Of a DNA stretch of 64,000 nucleotides, positions 37,949 to 48,310 are shown in pieces. The position numbers were made by a program, and so were the translations under genes. The stretch is from Candidatus Multivoradales bacterium (GTDB lineage: Bacteria; Acidobacteriota; Thermoanaerobaculia; Multivoradales; JAHEKO01): assembly GCA_965248055.1 (NCBI GenBank), contig CBDFIJ010000004.1, positions 1,984,001-2,048,000 on the forward strand, written 5' to 3'. Numbering within the stretch: position 1 is the first letter of the stretch; each line of letters opens with the position of its first letter. The notes beneath the pieces are model-generated. The model was not told the DNA's origin and did not search any database. It was given only the letters and a program-made list of their open reading frames with translations.

Positions 37949-40156
37949 CTATTCGACATAGCCAAGAGCTCTGAGTTGTTCCAGGGTCTCTTCGTCCTGT
38001 TGCGCTTGCTCGGCAACCTGGGAAGATCCCCGCTCCGTGAGTAGCTGGAGCAGCCGAAAATGATACTCAAGAGTTCTCGGTCGTTGCGTCGCGAGATTGA
38101 CCCGGTCAACGGGATCGTTGATCCGATCATAGAGCAGCACCTGTTTCCGCTTGTGATCGATGATCAGCTTCATCGAAGACGTGACAACTGCTTGCGCGGT
38201 ACCTATCTCAGCAAGGGTCAAAGAGTTCGCGATCGTTTTCTTCGAAATCGCGAATCCGTCGAAAGAAGGCGAAGAAGATCCCGCAGCTTGCAAGATGGTC
38301 GCAGGGATATCGACGTGCGAGACGGGTGCCGATATATGGCTTCCTAGTTCGAAGGGCGACTTGCCTTTAGGCCATTTGATAACAAACGGAACGCGGAGTT
38401 GTTCTGCGTACAAAGTTTGACCATGCTGCCAGCCACCGTGGTCGAAAAACTCTTCCCCGTGATCGGCAGTAATGACAATCAGAGAGCCTTGATACAGGCT
38501 CCGTTCTTTGAGACCGGCGATAAATTGACCCAGGGCATCGTCGACTTGTCGTATCTCTGAGTCGTACAAAGACAACAGATCTAGAGTTGGAGGATCGGCC
38601 CTAGACGGTAGCTTCTTGATCGATTCCATACCTCCGATGCTGCGATCTTCAACCGGCCAATAATCTCGGAAGTCGGAGGATGACAAATAGGGGGCGTGGG
38701 GATCGCTTACATGCAGGTAGCCAAACAAAGGATTCCCATCAGGTTGGTTGTCGATCCACTTTAGGGTGGCCCTGCTTGGGACGTGACCACTGTAGTGCTT
38801 GAGATAGCGACCAAAAGGTCGAGGGCGTTGGTAGAGATCGAAACCACGACCCAACCCGACACCTCGGATGTTGGCATTGGTAATCCATCCAGCGGTTCGA
38901 TACCCAAGCAAAGAGAGGGCTTCTGCCAAAGTGGGAACCTCTTTGGCCAGCGCATCTTTGACAGTGAGGATGCCGTGGTTTCGCACGTACTTTCCAGTCA
39001 GAATCGAAGCGACCGAGGGCCGAGTCCAAGAAGACTGGGCTACCGCGCCAGTGAAGACCACTGCTTCGCGCGCCAAGGCGTCTAAGTTGGGAGAAGTGTC
39101 TCGCGAGTAGCCATAGGTCCCCAGATGATCTGCTCGTAAGGTGTCGACAACCCACAGGAATACCGAGGGAGGCTCCTTGTTGGAGGGTAGCGAAGTGCTG
39201 GTCAAAGACTCCATCCGCGCCACTTCTAAGGTCGGCCAAGCGAGTTCTTTGGCTTCGATTTCTGGATCAACCAGTTGGATCGTCGGCTGTCTTCCCAGGG
39301 ACAAGAGTTTGCCCCACCAAGTGCGAGGGGCAATGACCTGCAAAGTCAGGCGAACGTAGTGTTCTTGATCCACGCCAGGGATAGATACTTGGTAGGACGG
39401 GGAGCGTTTGGTCAGTAGGACGTCTAACTGGCGGAGTCCATCGTCTTCCAAGCTGACACGTAACCCATCGCTCGCGGTCAGGTTGAGCTCTTTGAGGCAA
39501 AACGTAAGAGGGCCACGAGCACGTAAAGTGGTACGAAGTCGCCGCGACCCCGTGATCCGGATGTTGTTTTCGCGCGCTTCTTCAACCTTACCTATTGGTA
39601 GGTGGCGCTCCTTCAACCCCAGGCCGATCCACCTGACGGCCAACGGTCGATGATCACTGGATGATGACAATACCTCTTGCGGCCGACGCCACCACCGATA
39701 ACGCAAGCTCACTTGCGCTTCCTTCTCCCCGGTCCATTCCTGGGGCAAGCGCACTCGATAGGTGTGCATCCAAGGAACCAACCGCAGTCGGCGCACAAAG
39801 TTCTCGTCGATCAAGACATCCACCCACTGGACCGTTGCCCCCTGAAATAGAAATGGTTTTCCCGTGATGACAAGGGTTTGTCGGGCAGGCGAGAACGACA
39901 ACTTGATGTTCGAGCGGTCGCCGATTCCCCAAGCACCAACAGTTGGATCAAACGCCCATCCTTGGTCTACTTTCAGCGCCGAGAGTTCTACAGTATTGGT
40001 TGATTGTCCCGATTGAAAATGCAGATCAGGGAGCAAGGCTTGGAGCCCGGTGCTAGCCCAAATAGGGCCAACATGGGCAGCAAGAGCGAGGCAGAATGCG
40101 AGAAGTGGTCGGCGCAAAGGGAACCTAGAAACGCAGCAAGGCAGCAGTGAACTCAA
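37949..40156 (-). CDS. Secreted sulfatase-like protein with N-terminal beta-sandwich domains
   Basis: VDTLRADHL, SSWTRPSVASILTG, DPHAPY, TADHGEEF, LRALGYV. Confidence 0.85.
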   Translation of the reverse strand: MSSLLPCCVSRFPLRRPLLAFCLALAAHVGPIWASTGLQALLPDLHFQSGQSTNTVELSALKVDQGWAFDPTVGAWGIGDRSNIKLSFSPARQTLVITGKPFLFQGATVQWVDVLIDENFVRRLRLVPWMHTYRVRLPQEWTGEKEAQVSLRYRWWRRPQEVLSSSSDHRPLAVRWIGLGLKERHLPIGKVEEARENNIRITGSRRLRTTLRARGPLTFCLKELNLTASDGLRVSLEDDGLRQLDVLLTKRSPSYQVSIPGVDQEHYVRLTLQVIAPRTWWGKLLSLGRQPTIQLVDPEIEAKELAWPTLEVARMESLTSTSLPSNKEPPSVFLWVVDTLRADHLGTYGYSRDTSPNLDALAREAVVFTGAVAQSSWTRPSVASILTGKYVRNHGILTVKDALAKEVPTLAEALSLLGYRTAGWITNANIRGVGLGRGFDLYQRPRPFGRYLKHYSGHVPSRATLKWIDNQPDGNPLFGYLHVSDPHAPYLSSSDFRDYWPVEDRSIGGMESIKKLPSRADPPTLDLLSLYDSEIRQVDDALGQFIAGLKERSLYQGSLIVITADHGEEFFDHGGWQHGQTLYAEQLRVPFVIKWPKGKSPFELGSHISAPVSHVDIPATILQAAGSSSPSFDGFAISKKTIANSLTLAEIGTAQAVVTSSMKLIIDHKRKQVLLYDRINDPVDRVNLATQRPRTLEYHFRLLQLLTERGSSQVAEQAQQDEETLEQLRALGYVE

Positions 40157-40229
40157 ACTGCGTGGTTGTTGAGACGATTGATTCCAAGATAGTTCGGAGT
40201 GGTCGGGATGACACTGAGAACGAGTTCAA

Positions 40230-42308
40230 TTATTGCCCCAGATATCCTAGCGATTCGAGCTCGTCGAGGGATGGCTGCTCACCCGACATCGAGCTCGTTG
40301 CTTGGCGAGGTGAGGTTTGGTACTGCTTCAACAAAGCGCTTAACTCTGTGGCTCTTTGACGATCCACAGAGCATAGGTTGACGGTTTCACCCGGATCAAC
40401 ACTCAGGTCGTAGAGCTCACAGTCGTTCTTGCCACGGCCATCGATAAACTTCCAGTGGTCCACTAAGACAGAGTCCAGAGACATATCGCGGAACCGAGTC
40501 GAGAAAAAAACAGGCGAATTATTGGATGCCGTAGAAAGCGTTCGGGCTGGAATTTCATCGGTCGAAACCCCCACGAGTTCCAGAAGTGTAGGCGCTAGTT
40601 GTCGCAAGGACACAGGATCGCTGCGTACACCGGGGGCGAGATCTCGGGAGCGCAGGATCAGCGGGACATGGACCAACTCTTCGTAGAGATTCCAACCGTG
40701 GAAGAAATCTCGGTGTTCGCCGAAGGCTTCGCCGTGATCGGCAGTCACTGCGATAATCGTGTTCTCGTCTCGACTCTGTTGTTGCAAGAAGTCTCCCAAC
40801 ATCTGATCAACATATGCCGCGTTTTCCAGGTACAAACCGCGGGTCTTGGAGATGTCCTGGTCCGAAATAGCCAAGTTCCGCGGTCTTGTTTGGGAATCAG
40901 ACACGGAAGCAGAACCCACATCCAGAGTTGAGCCCTCTAGGGAGGAAGTGCGGTCAAAGGACTGCTGATGCCGGTACGGATAGTGTGTATCCATTAAGAA
41001 GATCACAGAAAATGAGGGACCAGGGACGGATCTGCTCCACTCGGAAGCCTCAAAGAACAGATGCTCCGCTTGATCTCGGAGGGTCACCATTCTGCTGAAC
41101 CCTTGATCGAGGCCCATTGATGGTCCTAGCCAGGGGTTTGCAGAGAAGGAAGCCGTGACATAGCCATGGCTGCGGAGAACCTCTGGCAAAGTCTCTATCT
41201 CTGTAGCGAGGATGTTTCGTCCTTCGGTTTCCAAGCCGTGTTGGCGCGGGTAGCGACCGGTAAGCAATGAGGCTACTGACGGGCGGGTCCAAGGAGCCGT
41301 CACGCGAGCTTGGGAAAACAACAGCACGTCCTGGGACCAATTGTACAAATACGGCATGATCTCCGGGTCGCCAGCCACATCACTGCGCAGCCCATCGACG
41401 ATGACCACAACAATATTTGGTCGTTGCTGCTTGCTGGTAGCGACCCAGCGCGGATCGGAAACAAAGCAGTCGTATCTTGAGGTTCCTATTTGCCGGATAG
41501 CTAGGTCACCAACTGAGTTTTTCAGCAACAGTGGCATCCATTTATCAGGCTCCTCAACAGTCACAACTTTGCGTTCTTTGCTGGTTATTATCTCAATGGC
41601 TTCTTGTTCACTTGCTCTAGGGCAAGCGAACGCCATATCGATGTTAGTACCTTGGTTAACCGGGGATCGCAGCTTGACCACCGCATTCGCCGCGACTGGC
41701 AAAGCGAGGCGACTGTCGTTGCCAACCTGCACCAGCTCAATCAGATCTGCGAGGTTGGCCGGTAGACCTTGTCGCATTTTTTGGCGTTCGCGTTCGTGGG
41801 CTGTTGGTTGATACCGACACTCAATCTCAAGGGTGGAGGGAATTTCTGATTGCGGAGTCGCGAGATACAAACCTCGCTGCAAGAAACCGCCTTGACTGTA
41901 GTGATAAGAGAGCTTCCGCGGCGTAGTTCCTCGCTTCCACTTCGGAATACGCTGACCATGCACCAACACTTCCAGAGTGTCCACGTTGATCGTGGAGGGC
42001 GTCTTGAGATTGCGCCAAACGGTAAAGGCCCCTCGACCGCTAGGCAGTGCCGTCGGTGAAGGAACGAGCTCCCAGGACTCTGGTTCAATCGCGCAGCTAC
42101 CAGGGTCAGGCAAGGGGGCTGGGTGGGCGCCTGTGGTGTCAATCGACACCAAGTCTAAGTTGTCAAACCAGAAACGAAACTCGGTCCCTCGATGGCAACT
42201 TGCTGTTGCTGCGAGTACCACCAAGAACAGGAAAGTGGATGGTGGGTAGGCTAATCTATGCACAAACCGCATGCTACGATGCGCCGCCATGAGCGCGAAG
42301 GGATACAT
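40230..42308 (-). CDS. Sulfatase-like lipoprotein with N-terminal extension
   Basis: Lipobox-like TASC; VDGLRSD, APWTRPSVASLLTG, DTHYPY, TADHGEAF, LESLGYL; start uncertain. Confidence 0.82.
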   Translation of the reverse strand: MYPFALMAAHRSMRFVHRLAYPPSTFLFLVVLAATASCHRGTEFRFWFDNLDLVSIDTTGAHPAPLPDPGSCAIEPESWELVPSPTALPSGRGAFTVWRNLKTPSTINVDTLEVLVHGQRIPKWKRGTTPRKLSYHYSQGGFLQRGLYLATPQSEIPSTLEIECRYQPTAHERERQKMRQGLPANLADLIELVQVGNDSRLALPVAANAVVKLRSPVNQGTNIDMAFACPRASEQEAIEIITSKERKVVTVEEPDKWMPLLLKNSVGDLAIRQIGTSRYDCFVSDPRWVATSKQQRPNIVVVIVDGLRSDVAGDPEIMPYLYNWSQDVLLFSQARVTAPWTRPSVASLLTGRYPRQHGLETEGRNILATEIETLPEVLRSHGYVTASFSANPWLGPSMGLDQGFSRMVTLRDQAEHLFFEASEWSRSVPGPSFSVIFLMDTHYPYRHQQSFDRTSSLEGSTLDVGSASVSDSQTRPRNLAISDQDISKTRGLYLENAAYVDQMLGDFLQQQSRDENTIIAVTADHGEAFGEHRDFFHGWNLYEELVHVPLILRSRDLAPGVRSDPVSLRQLAPTLLELVGVSTDEIPARTLSTASNNSPVFFSTRFRDMSLDSVLVDHWKFIDGRGKNDCELYDLSVDPGETVNLCSVDRQRATELSALLKQYQTSPRQATSSMSGEQPSLDELESLGYLGQ

Positions 42309-42912
42309 TCTAATGGTGGCGGCTCTGTTGGTCGCTCCGATTTATCCCCAAGAAATACCAACCGCTGAAGAGGAACTGGCAACCATGCTGCGATTAACAA
42401 CCAACCACGGAGAGATCCTGATCGAATTGCTCCCCGAGCAGGCACCGGAATCGGTGGCGACGATTGCTGCTTACGCCGCCGAGGGTCAGTATGACGGCAA
42501 TATTTTTCATCGGGTGATTCCAGGGTTCATGATCCAAGGTGGGGGATTTACCGACAAGATGATGGAAGTGGCGGTCACCAAGCCGTTGATCCAGAACGAG
42601 TCCAACAACGGTTTGAGCAACACCCGGGGAACGGTAGCGTTGGCACGGCGCAATGATCCGCACAGCGCGAGCCGCCAGTTTTTCATCAACTTGGGCAACA
42701 ACGACAATCTGGACTTTCAAGCGCCGAATGGCTGGGGTTATGCGGTGTTCGGCAAAGTGGTTGAGGGAATGGGTGTCGTCGATTCGATCGCCAAGGTGCG
42801 CACAGGCCGCCACGGGGGCCACGGTGATGTTCCCAAAACACCAGTACTGATCGAAAAGGCGGAGCTGTTGACGCCTAGCTCTGGGTCAGAAGACGCGTCG
42901 CCGGACGCGTAG
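42289..42912 (+). CDS. ppiA: Cyclophilin-type peptidyl-prolyl cis-trans isomerase (secreted)
   Basis: FHRVIPGFMIQGGG, RGTVALAR, QFFIN, GYAVFGKV; signal peptide. Confidence 0.88.
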   Translation: MSAKGYILMVAALLVAPIYPQEIPTAEEELATMLRLTTNHGEILIELLPEQAPESVATIAAYAAEGQYDGNIFHRVIPGFMIQGGGFTDKMMEVAVTKPLIQNESNNGLSNTRGTVALARRNDPHSASRQFFINLGNNDNLDFQAPNGWGYAVFGKVVEGMGVVDSIAKVRTGRHGGHGDVPKTPVLIEKAELLTPSSGSEDASPDA

Positions 42913-42916
42913 CAGC

Positions 42917-43465
42917 CTATTTCTTGGTTTTCGACCGAACGAACTCTAGAACAGCCCACAATTCGCCGAGTCGTTCTTGACCGGCGGGTAGCGTCATGTT
43001 GCGCCAGATATCGCGAACCCCAGCCAACAGCTGGTGAAAATCGACTTCGTCACCTTCAGCAATGATTTTGCGCAAGGCGACGAAGAGGTCTGCCACGGTC
43101 CACAAAGAAGGTTGTTTTCCCCGCAAGTGAACCCATACTGGTCGCAAGGCTTGCAGCCGAGCCCTGGACAGGTCTTGGTCGCGATATACGGTGCGCAAGG
43201 TGCCGACCTCAGGCAGGGTGTCAAAGCGATCCTCATCGACCTCAACCGTAGGCAAGAGTTGCCAATGCTGGGGCAGTAGTTCTTCTTTGCGGATCTGCAT
43301 TCCCAGGATGTCAAACCGTGCTATCGGTAGTTGATCGAAGAGGTGGGCGATCCCAGGAAGATCGTCTCCTTGGATGAAAGCCGCGATCTCACTCTCGGTT
43401 GGCAGTGCGCGAGGTGGAGGGGCTGTCGGTTCAGTTGTGGCTTCTAAAGCTGGATCTGGGCTCAT
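42917..43465 (-). CDS. Hypothetical protein
   Basis: 182-aa ORF filling the gap between ppiA and gap; no recognised motif. Confidence 0.6.
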   Translation of the reverse strand: MSPDPALEATTEPTAPPPRALPTESEIAAFIQGDDLPGIAHLFDQLPIARFDILGMQIRKEELLPQHWQLLPTVEVDEDRFDTLPEVGTLRTVYRDQDLSRARLQALRPVWVHLRGKQPSLWTVADLFVALRKIIAEGDEVDFHQLLAGVRDIWRNMTLPAGQERLGELWAVLEFVRSKTKK

Positions 43466-43527
43466 GGTGCACGATTCTTAACACAGCGGACGCTGACAGG
43501 CCAACTCGACCTCCTTGAAACCACTGA

Positions 43528-44577
43528 TTGCAACCGGCGTCCGCTGTGCCTACACTTCAACCTGTGACGACCTCGATTGCCATCAACGGAACCGGCCGCA
43601 TCGGTCGAGTCTTGTTGCGTACCGCAGCACAGCGCCAAGACTTGAGAGTGGTTGGCTTGAATGACTTGGTCTCTGCTCAGCAGACGGCACACTTGCTGCG
43701 CCACGACTCCACCCTAGGTCCGTTTCCAGTCGACCTCGAAACGGACGATTCGAGCTTGCGCATGGCTGGTCACTTGATTTCCTACAGCCAGCAGGCCAAT
43801 CCCGAAGACATTCCCTGGGGAACCTCGGGGCCAGGCCGAGCGGTTCCAGACTTGGTAGTCGAAGCCACTGGCCAGTTCACCTCTCGTGCGGACGCCGCGC
43901 GCCATCTACACGGCGGAGCGCGACGGGTGATCGTCTCAGCCAACGCGGGCGACGCCGACGCTTTGGTCTGTTTCGGGATCAATCATCAAGAACTACGAGT
44001 CTCGGACGAGGTGGTGTCCGCGGGTTCTTGCACCACCAATTGTGTGGCCGCGGTGCTGGCGCCGTTGGCGGTGGCGGTCGGAATTGAGAAAGTGATGTTG
44101 ATGACCGTGCACTGCTACAACTCGAACCAAAGCTTGGTCGATAGTGCACAGCGCGATTTGCGGCGCTCAAGAGCGGCGGGCTTGAACTTGATCCCCACAA
44201 CAACCGGAGCCACTTGGGCGCTGGAAATGGCGATGCCAGAATTGGCTGGCAGAGTCAGCGGCTATGCGGTTCGGGTGCCGTCTTCACAGGTGTCTTTGGT
44301 GGATCTGGTGGTGCAAACCAAGAAGACAATGACCACAGACGAGGTGGTGGAAACTTTGCACCAAGCCGCCGACAGCGACTTGAAGGGAATCTTGGGAGTC
44401 AGCGCGGAGCCGCTGGTGTCCACGGACTTTGTCGGCGATTCTCGATCGGCAATTGTAGACCTCGAGTTTGTTGGTGCCGAAGATCGCCACGTGCGGATCA
44501 TGGCCTGGTACGACAACGAGAGTGGCTACGCACATCGTTTAGCGGACTTGGCGGTATTTATGGGGAACCAGTCGTGA
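43528..44577 (+). CDS. gap: Type I glyceraldehyde-3-phosphate dehydrogenase (divergent)
   Basis: INGTGRIGR, SCTTNC, DLRRSRAA..N.IPTTTGA, WYDNE; precedes pgk-tpiA; start uncertain. Confidence 0.85.
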   Translation: MQPASAVPTLQPVTTSIAINGTGRIGRVLLRTAAQRQDLRVVGLNDLVSAQQTAHLLRHDSTLGPFPVDLETDDSSLRMAGHLISYSQQANPEDIPWGTSGPGRAVPDLVVEATGQFTSRADAARHLHGGARRVIVSANAGDADALVCFGINHQELRVSDEVVSAGSCTTNCVAAVLAPLAVAVGIEKVMLMTVHCYNSNQSLVDSAQRDLRRSRAAGLNLIPTTTGATWALEMAMPELAGRVSGYAVRVPSSQVSLVDLVVQTKKTMTTDEVVETLHQAADSDLKGILGVSAEPLVSTDFVGDSRSAIVDLEFVGAEDRHVRIMAWYDNESGYAHRLADLAVFMGNQS

Positions 44578-45776
44578 ACGACTTGCTTCATCTAGACGAT
44601 CTACCTGCCGACCTCACCGGTCGGGCGGTTTTTGTCCGGGTAGATTTCAATGTTCCGTTGGCAGAGGGTGAGGTTTTGGACTCTTCTCGGATCGAAGCGG
44701 CGATCCCGACCCTGCAGCAACTGGTGAGCCGAGGGGCGGTGGTGCTTTGCGCATCGCACTGTGGTCGCCCCAAAGGAATGGTCAACCCACAATGGAGCTT
44801 GCGGCCGGTGGTTCCGGTGCTCGCCAGCCTTCTAGAACGACCGGTGGCATGGGTCTCTGAATGCGTTGGCGAACCGGTTACCAGGGCCGTTGCTGATGCT
44901 CAGCCGGGCGACCTCTTGTTGTTGGAAAATCTTCGTTTCCACGCCGGCGAGTCGACAAGCGACAACCAGTTTGCTGAAGCCTTGGCGGCCAACGCAGACG
45001 TCTTTGTCGGGGAAGCGTTTGGCACTGCTCACCGCGACCATGCTTCGGTAACCGGGGTTGCCAAGCGGGTCGCCGACAAAGCGGCCGGATATTTGATGCA
45101 CTCTGAAGTCACAGCTTTGACTTCGGTGTTGACCGCACCGCGAAAGCCTTTGGTCTTAATCATGGGTGGCGCCAAGATGTCAGGCAAGATTGAAACCCTG
45201 AAAAATCTATTGCCGCTCGCCGATCGAGTTCTGTTGGGCGGAGGAATTGCCAATACCTTCATCGCCGCCCAGGGTCACTCTTTGGGAAACTCCCTGGTGG
45301 AATCCGAACGCATCGAGACGGCTCACCAGATTCTTGAGCAAGCTGCGAGCCGGGGCGTTGAAATCGTTCTACCCAGCGACTTTGTGGTGACCACCGATCT
45401 TGGCAATGCCAGTGGCGTGCGCGAGCGAGAAATCGACGCGATAGCTGAGGATGAAGCTGCCGTGGATATCGGCAGCGACTCTTTGGTGCGCTATCGACAA
45501 GCCTTGGAAGGCGCCGGTACGGTTCTATGGAATGGTCCACTGGGAGTCTTTGAAAAGCCTCCTTTTGATCGAGGCACGATGGAGATTGCCAAGGCGATGC
45601 AAGGCTCCACAGCGCAGCGCATTGTTGGCGGCGGCGAAACCGTTTCAGCGGTCAAGAAGGCCGGTGTCGCTGCTGATCTAGATCATGTATCCACGGGCGG
45701 AGGAGCGATGTTGGAGCTATTGGCGGGAAAAGCGTTACCTGGAGTTGAGATCCTGCGAAAACCGGAGGGGAACTAA
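44574..45776 (+). CDS. pgk: Phosphoglycerate kinase
   Basis: GTG at 44574; RVDFNVP, SHCGRP, LLENLRF, AFGTAHR.HAS, WNGPLGVFE, HVSTGGGA. Confidence 0.96.
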   Translation: MNDLLHLDDLPADLTGRAVFVRVDFNVPLAEGEVLDSSRIEAAIPTLQQLVSRGAVVLCASHCGRPKGMVNPQWSLRPVVPVLASLLERPVAWVSECVGEPVTRAVADAQPGDLLLLENLRFHAGESTSDNQFAEALAANADVFVGEAFGTAHRDHASVTGVAKRVADKAAGYLMHSEVTALTSVLTAPRKPLVLIMGGAKMSGKIETLKNLLPLADRVLLGGGIANTFIAAQGHSLGNSLVESERIETAHQILEQAASRGVEIVLPSDFVVTTDLGNASGVREREIDAIAEDEAAVDIGSDSLVRYRQALEGAGTVLWNGPLGVFEKPPFDRGTMEIAKAMQGSTAQRIVGGGETVSAVKKAGVAADLDHVSTGGGAMLELLAGKALPGVEILRKPEGN

Positions 45777-46517
45777 ATGAGGCGTCGACCCTTAGTGGGC
45801 GGAAACTGGAAGATGCACAAGACCTCACGAGAGGCCGAGAAGTTTTGCCGGGCTCTGGGCTCTACACCCGAACCCAGGACCGAGGTCGTCCTCTTCCCCA
45901 GCCATCCCTTGCTTTCCGGTTGTGCCGCCGCTTTGGGAGAAACCTGGCCGCAACTGGGTGGCCAAGATGTCCACGCGCAAGAGCAAGGAGCGTTCACCGG
46001 AGACGTCTCAGCTGCACAACTCGAAGACACCGGTTGTACCTGGGTACTTTGCGGCCACAGCGAGCGCCGCCGAGACCATGGGGAGACCGACGCCATCGTT
46101 GCCGAAAAAGTTGCAGCCGCTGCTAAGACCCGTTTGATCCCACTGATCTGCTTTGGCGAGTCCTTGCAAGAACGAGAGACCCACCAAACCGAAGAGGTCT
46201 TGAGTCGCCAAATCGAGGCCGCCTTCAGCTCTCGCCCTCGCCGTTTTGCTGTGGCCTATGAGCCGGTTTGGGCAATAGGGACAGGCAAAACAGCGACTCA
46301 AAGCCAAGCCCAAGCTGCCCATCATCACGTGCGCAACTTGATCGCCGACCTCTACGATCAGCCGACCGCGGCAAGCCACCGAATCCTCTACGGAGGGTCT
46401 GCAACACCGGAAACAGCCCCCGGTTTGATTGGATGTGAGGATATCGATGGGTTCTTGGTGGGCGGCGCAAGTCTTGACCCAGCTAGCTTTCTCGCTATCA
46501 TTGCCTGCTGCGGTTAG
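45777..46517 (+). CDS. tpiA: Triosephosphate isomerase
   Basis: GNWKM, GHSERR, AYEPVWAIGTG, YGGS, LVGGASL. Confidence 0.97.
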   Translation: MRRRPLVGGNWKMHKTSREAEKFCRALGSTPEPRTEVVLFPSHPLLSGCAAALGETWPQLGGQDVHAQEQGAFTGDVSAAQLEDTGCTWVLCGHSERRRDHGETDAIVAEKVAAAAKTRLIPLICFGESLQERETHQTEEVLSRQIEAAFSSRPRRFAVAYEPVWAIGTGKTATQSQAQAAHHHVRNLIADLYDQPTAASHRILYGGSATPETAPGLIGCEDIDGFLVGGASLDPASFLAIIACCG

Positions 46518-46535
46518 ATTCGCGGAGGTGTAATT

Positions 46536-46952
46536 GTGATTTATCTTGTTGTAACAGTCCACATAATCGTGGCAATTTTTCTCATCTTGGTCGTACTGCT
46601 TCAACGCGGAGCCGGAGCGGATCTCTCAGTCTTTGGTGGCGGGGGTACGCAGGCGGCTTTCGGCGCTCGTAGCGCTGCGACCTTGCTGCACAAGCTCACG
46701 GTTTGGTCTTTTGTTGCCTTTATTGTGACTACGATCTCCTACAACTTCTTGGCCAGCCATCGCGACCGTGATTCGGTGTTGTCTGAAGCCGCGGGCGTTG
46801 CCGCGGTTGAGGCGGTAGAAACTACTCCGGTGGTCGACCCACTGGCGGTCGACGCGGCAGTAGAACAGTCAGTGCAAGAAGCGGTGGAAGACGCGACGGC
46901 CAGCGACGCAGCTAGCGAGCAAGTCGACGCTGGAGAAGCGTCGCCCGAGTAG
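46536..46952 (+). CDS. secG: Preprotein translocase subunit SecG
   Basis: VLLQRG.GA...FGGG...FG...L.K.T; conserved tpiA-secG-tRNA-Leu synteny. Confidence 0.92.
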   Translation: MIYLVVTVHIIVAIFLILVVLLQRGAGADLSVFGGGGTQAAFGARSAATLLHKLTVWSFVAFIVTTISYNFLASHRDRDSVLSEAAGVAAVEAVETTPVVDPLAVDAAVEQSVQEAVEDATASDAASEQVDAGEASPE

Positions 46953-46982
46953 CGTCTGAGTTCGGGGTCGGTTGGATCAAGA

Positions 46983-47070
46983 GCCGAAGTGGCGAAACTG
47001 GTAGACGCGCACGGTTGAGGGCCGTGTGGGCTAAACCCCCGTGCCGGTTCGAGTCCGGCCTTCGGCACCA
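46983..47070 (+). tRNA. tRNA-Leu (GAG)
   Basis: GCCGAAG/CTTCGGC acceptor stem, CACGG-TTGAGGG-CCGTG anticodon arm, long variable arm, GTTCGAGTC T-loop, encoded CCA. Confidence 0.96.
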
Positions 47071-47128
47071 TTCCGACTGACAATCCCCTCAAGTCCTCGA
47101 CCCACTGCTGGTCCGTAGAGCTTAGAGT

Positions 47129-48202
47129 ATGTCTGCAGGAGAACCCCAATACCTGCCTTTTAGCGAGCAATCTTTGATGCTGGGCATCGAGACTTCTTGT
47201 GACGATACCGCGGTCTCGATCGTTGACGGCCAAGGTGCGGTTCGATCTTCGGTCGTTTCGAGCCAACTTCAAGCCCACCAGCCCTATGGGGGTGTGGTCC
47301 CGGAGATAGCATCTCGCGAGCACCTGAAAAATTGGCCACCGGTGATCGAAGCAGCCTTCTCCGAAGCCGAGATCGAATGGAAAGACCTCGGCGGCGTGGC
47401 TGTGACTTCGGGTCCGGGCTTGGTGGGGTCTCTACTGGTTGGTATGTCGATCGCTCGGGCGATCGCCACGGGGCGCGGGATTCCCTTTTTTGCTGTACAT
47501 CATCTGCAAGGGCATCTGTTTTCGCCCTTCCTCGATCCCGACGGTCACCCGGCGGTGACTCCGCCGAATCAGTTCATCGGCTTGGTGGTTTCTGGAGGAC
47601 ACACCGCCCTCTATCGAGTTGAGGCAGGCCGAATCGAAACCCTAGGCACGACCCGCGACGATGCCATGGGTGAGGCCTTCGACAAGGTCGGCAAGCGTTT
47701 GGGGTTTGACTATCCGCAAGGACCAAGAGTGGACCAAGTGGCAGAAGACGGCGACCCAGATCGCTTCGCGTTCACTCTGCCCAAGTGTGGAGAGACTCTC
47801 GATTTCTCCTACTCGGGACTCAAGACCCAGGCTGTGAATCACTGGAGTGACCTCGAGCGCAATCTAGGCGAGCAAGAGGGGATTGACGGAAAGGTGGTCG
47901 CTGACTTGTTGGCGGGTTTTCGCCAAGCTGCGGTGTCGCAGATTTTGGACCGCTTGGATCGATTGCAGCACACCCAAGAAATCCGCCACTTGGCCGTTTC
48001 GGGAGGGGCTGCTGCCAATCGACTGCTGCGCCGTCAACTGGTGGACTGGGCTCAGGTCGAAGGGATTGAACTGTCTTTGGTTCCGTTGCGGTTCTCTGGG
48101 GACAACGCTGCAATGATTGCCCACGCCGCGCTTCGGCGGGCGTATCGAGGGGATCATGATGACCCGTTTAGTGCCGAAGCTTCCAGTCGGGTAACGCTGT
48201 AG
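47129..48202 (+). CDS. tsaD: tRNA N6-adenosine threonylcarbamoyltransferase
   Basis: LGIETSCDDT, YGGVVPEIASR.H, GPGL.GSL, HHL.GH, SGGHT, DDAMGEAFDK, FSYSGLKT, DNAAMIA. Confidence 0.96.
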   Translation: MSAGEPQYLPFSEQSLMLGIETSCDDTAVSIVDGQGAVRSSVVSSQLQAHQPYGGVVPEIASREHLKNWPPVIEAAFSEAEIEWKDLGGVAVTSGPGLVGSLLVGMSIARAIATGRGIPFFAVHHLQGHLFSPFLDPDGHPAVTPPNQFIGLVVSGGHTALYRVEAGRIETLGTTRDDAMGEAFDKVGKRLGFDYPQGPRVDQVAEDGDPDRFAFTLPKCGETLDFSYSGLKTQAVNHWSDLERNLGEQEGIDGKVVADLLAGFRQAAVSQILDRLDRLQHTQEIRHLAVSGGAAANRLLRRQLVDWAQVEGIELSLVPLRFSGDNAAMIAHAALRRAYRGDHDDPFSAEASSRVTL

Positions 48203-48310
48203 TTCGGGGCTCTGTTGCCGCAGATCACCGCAACTTCGTCAACCGACATCACGAGTAAGTCGTGGCCAATTGGTGGCTGAGTCATCCATCTTGATCGCGA
48301 TGCACTCCGA

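Noticed and set aside
44214-44573. 120-aa N-terminal extension of Pgk in the ORF track
   Set aside because: Overlaps gap in another frame; GTG at 44574 gives a normal Pgk
46983-47128. tRNA-Leu as an island attachment site
   Set aside because: Followed directly by core tsaD; no duplicate of the tRNA 3' end or integrase seen
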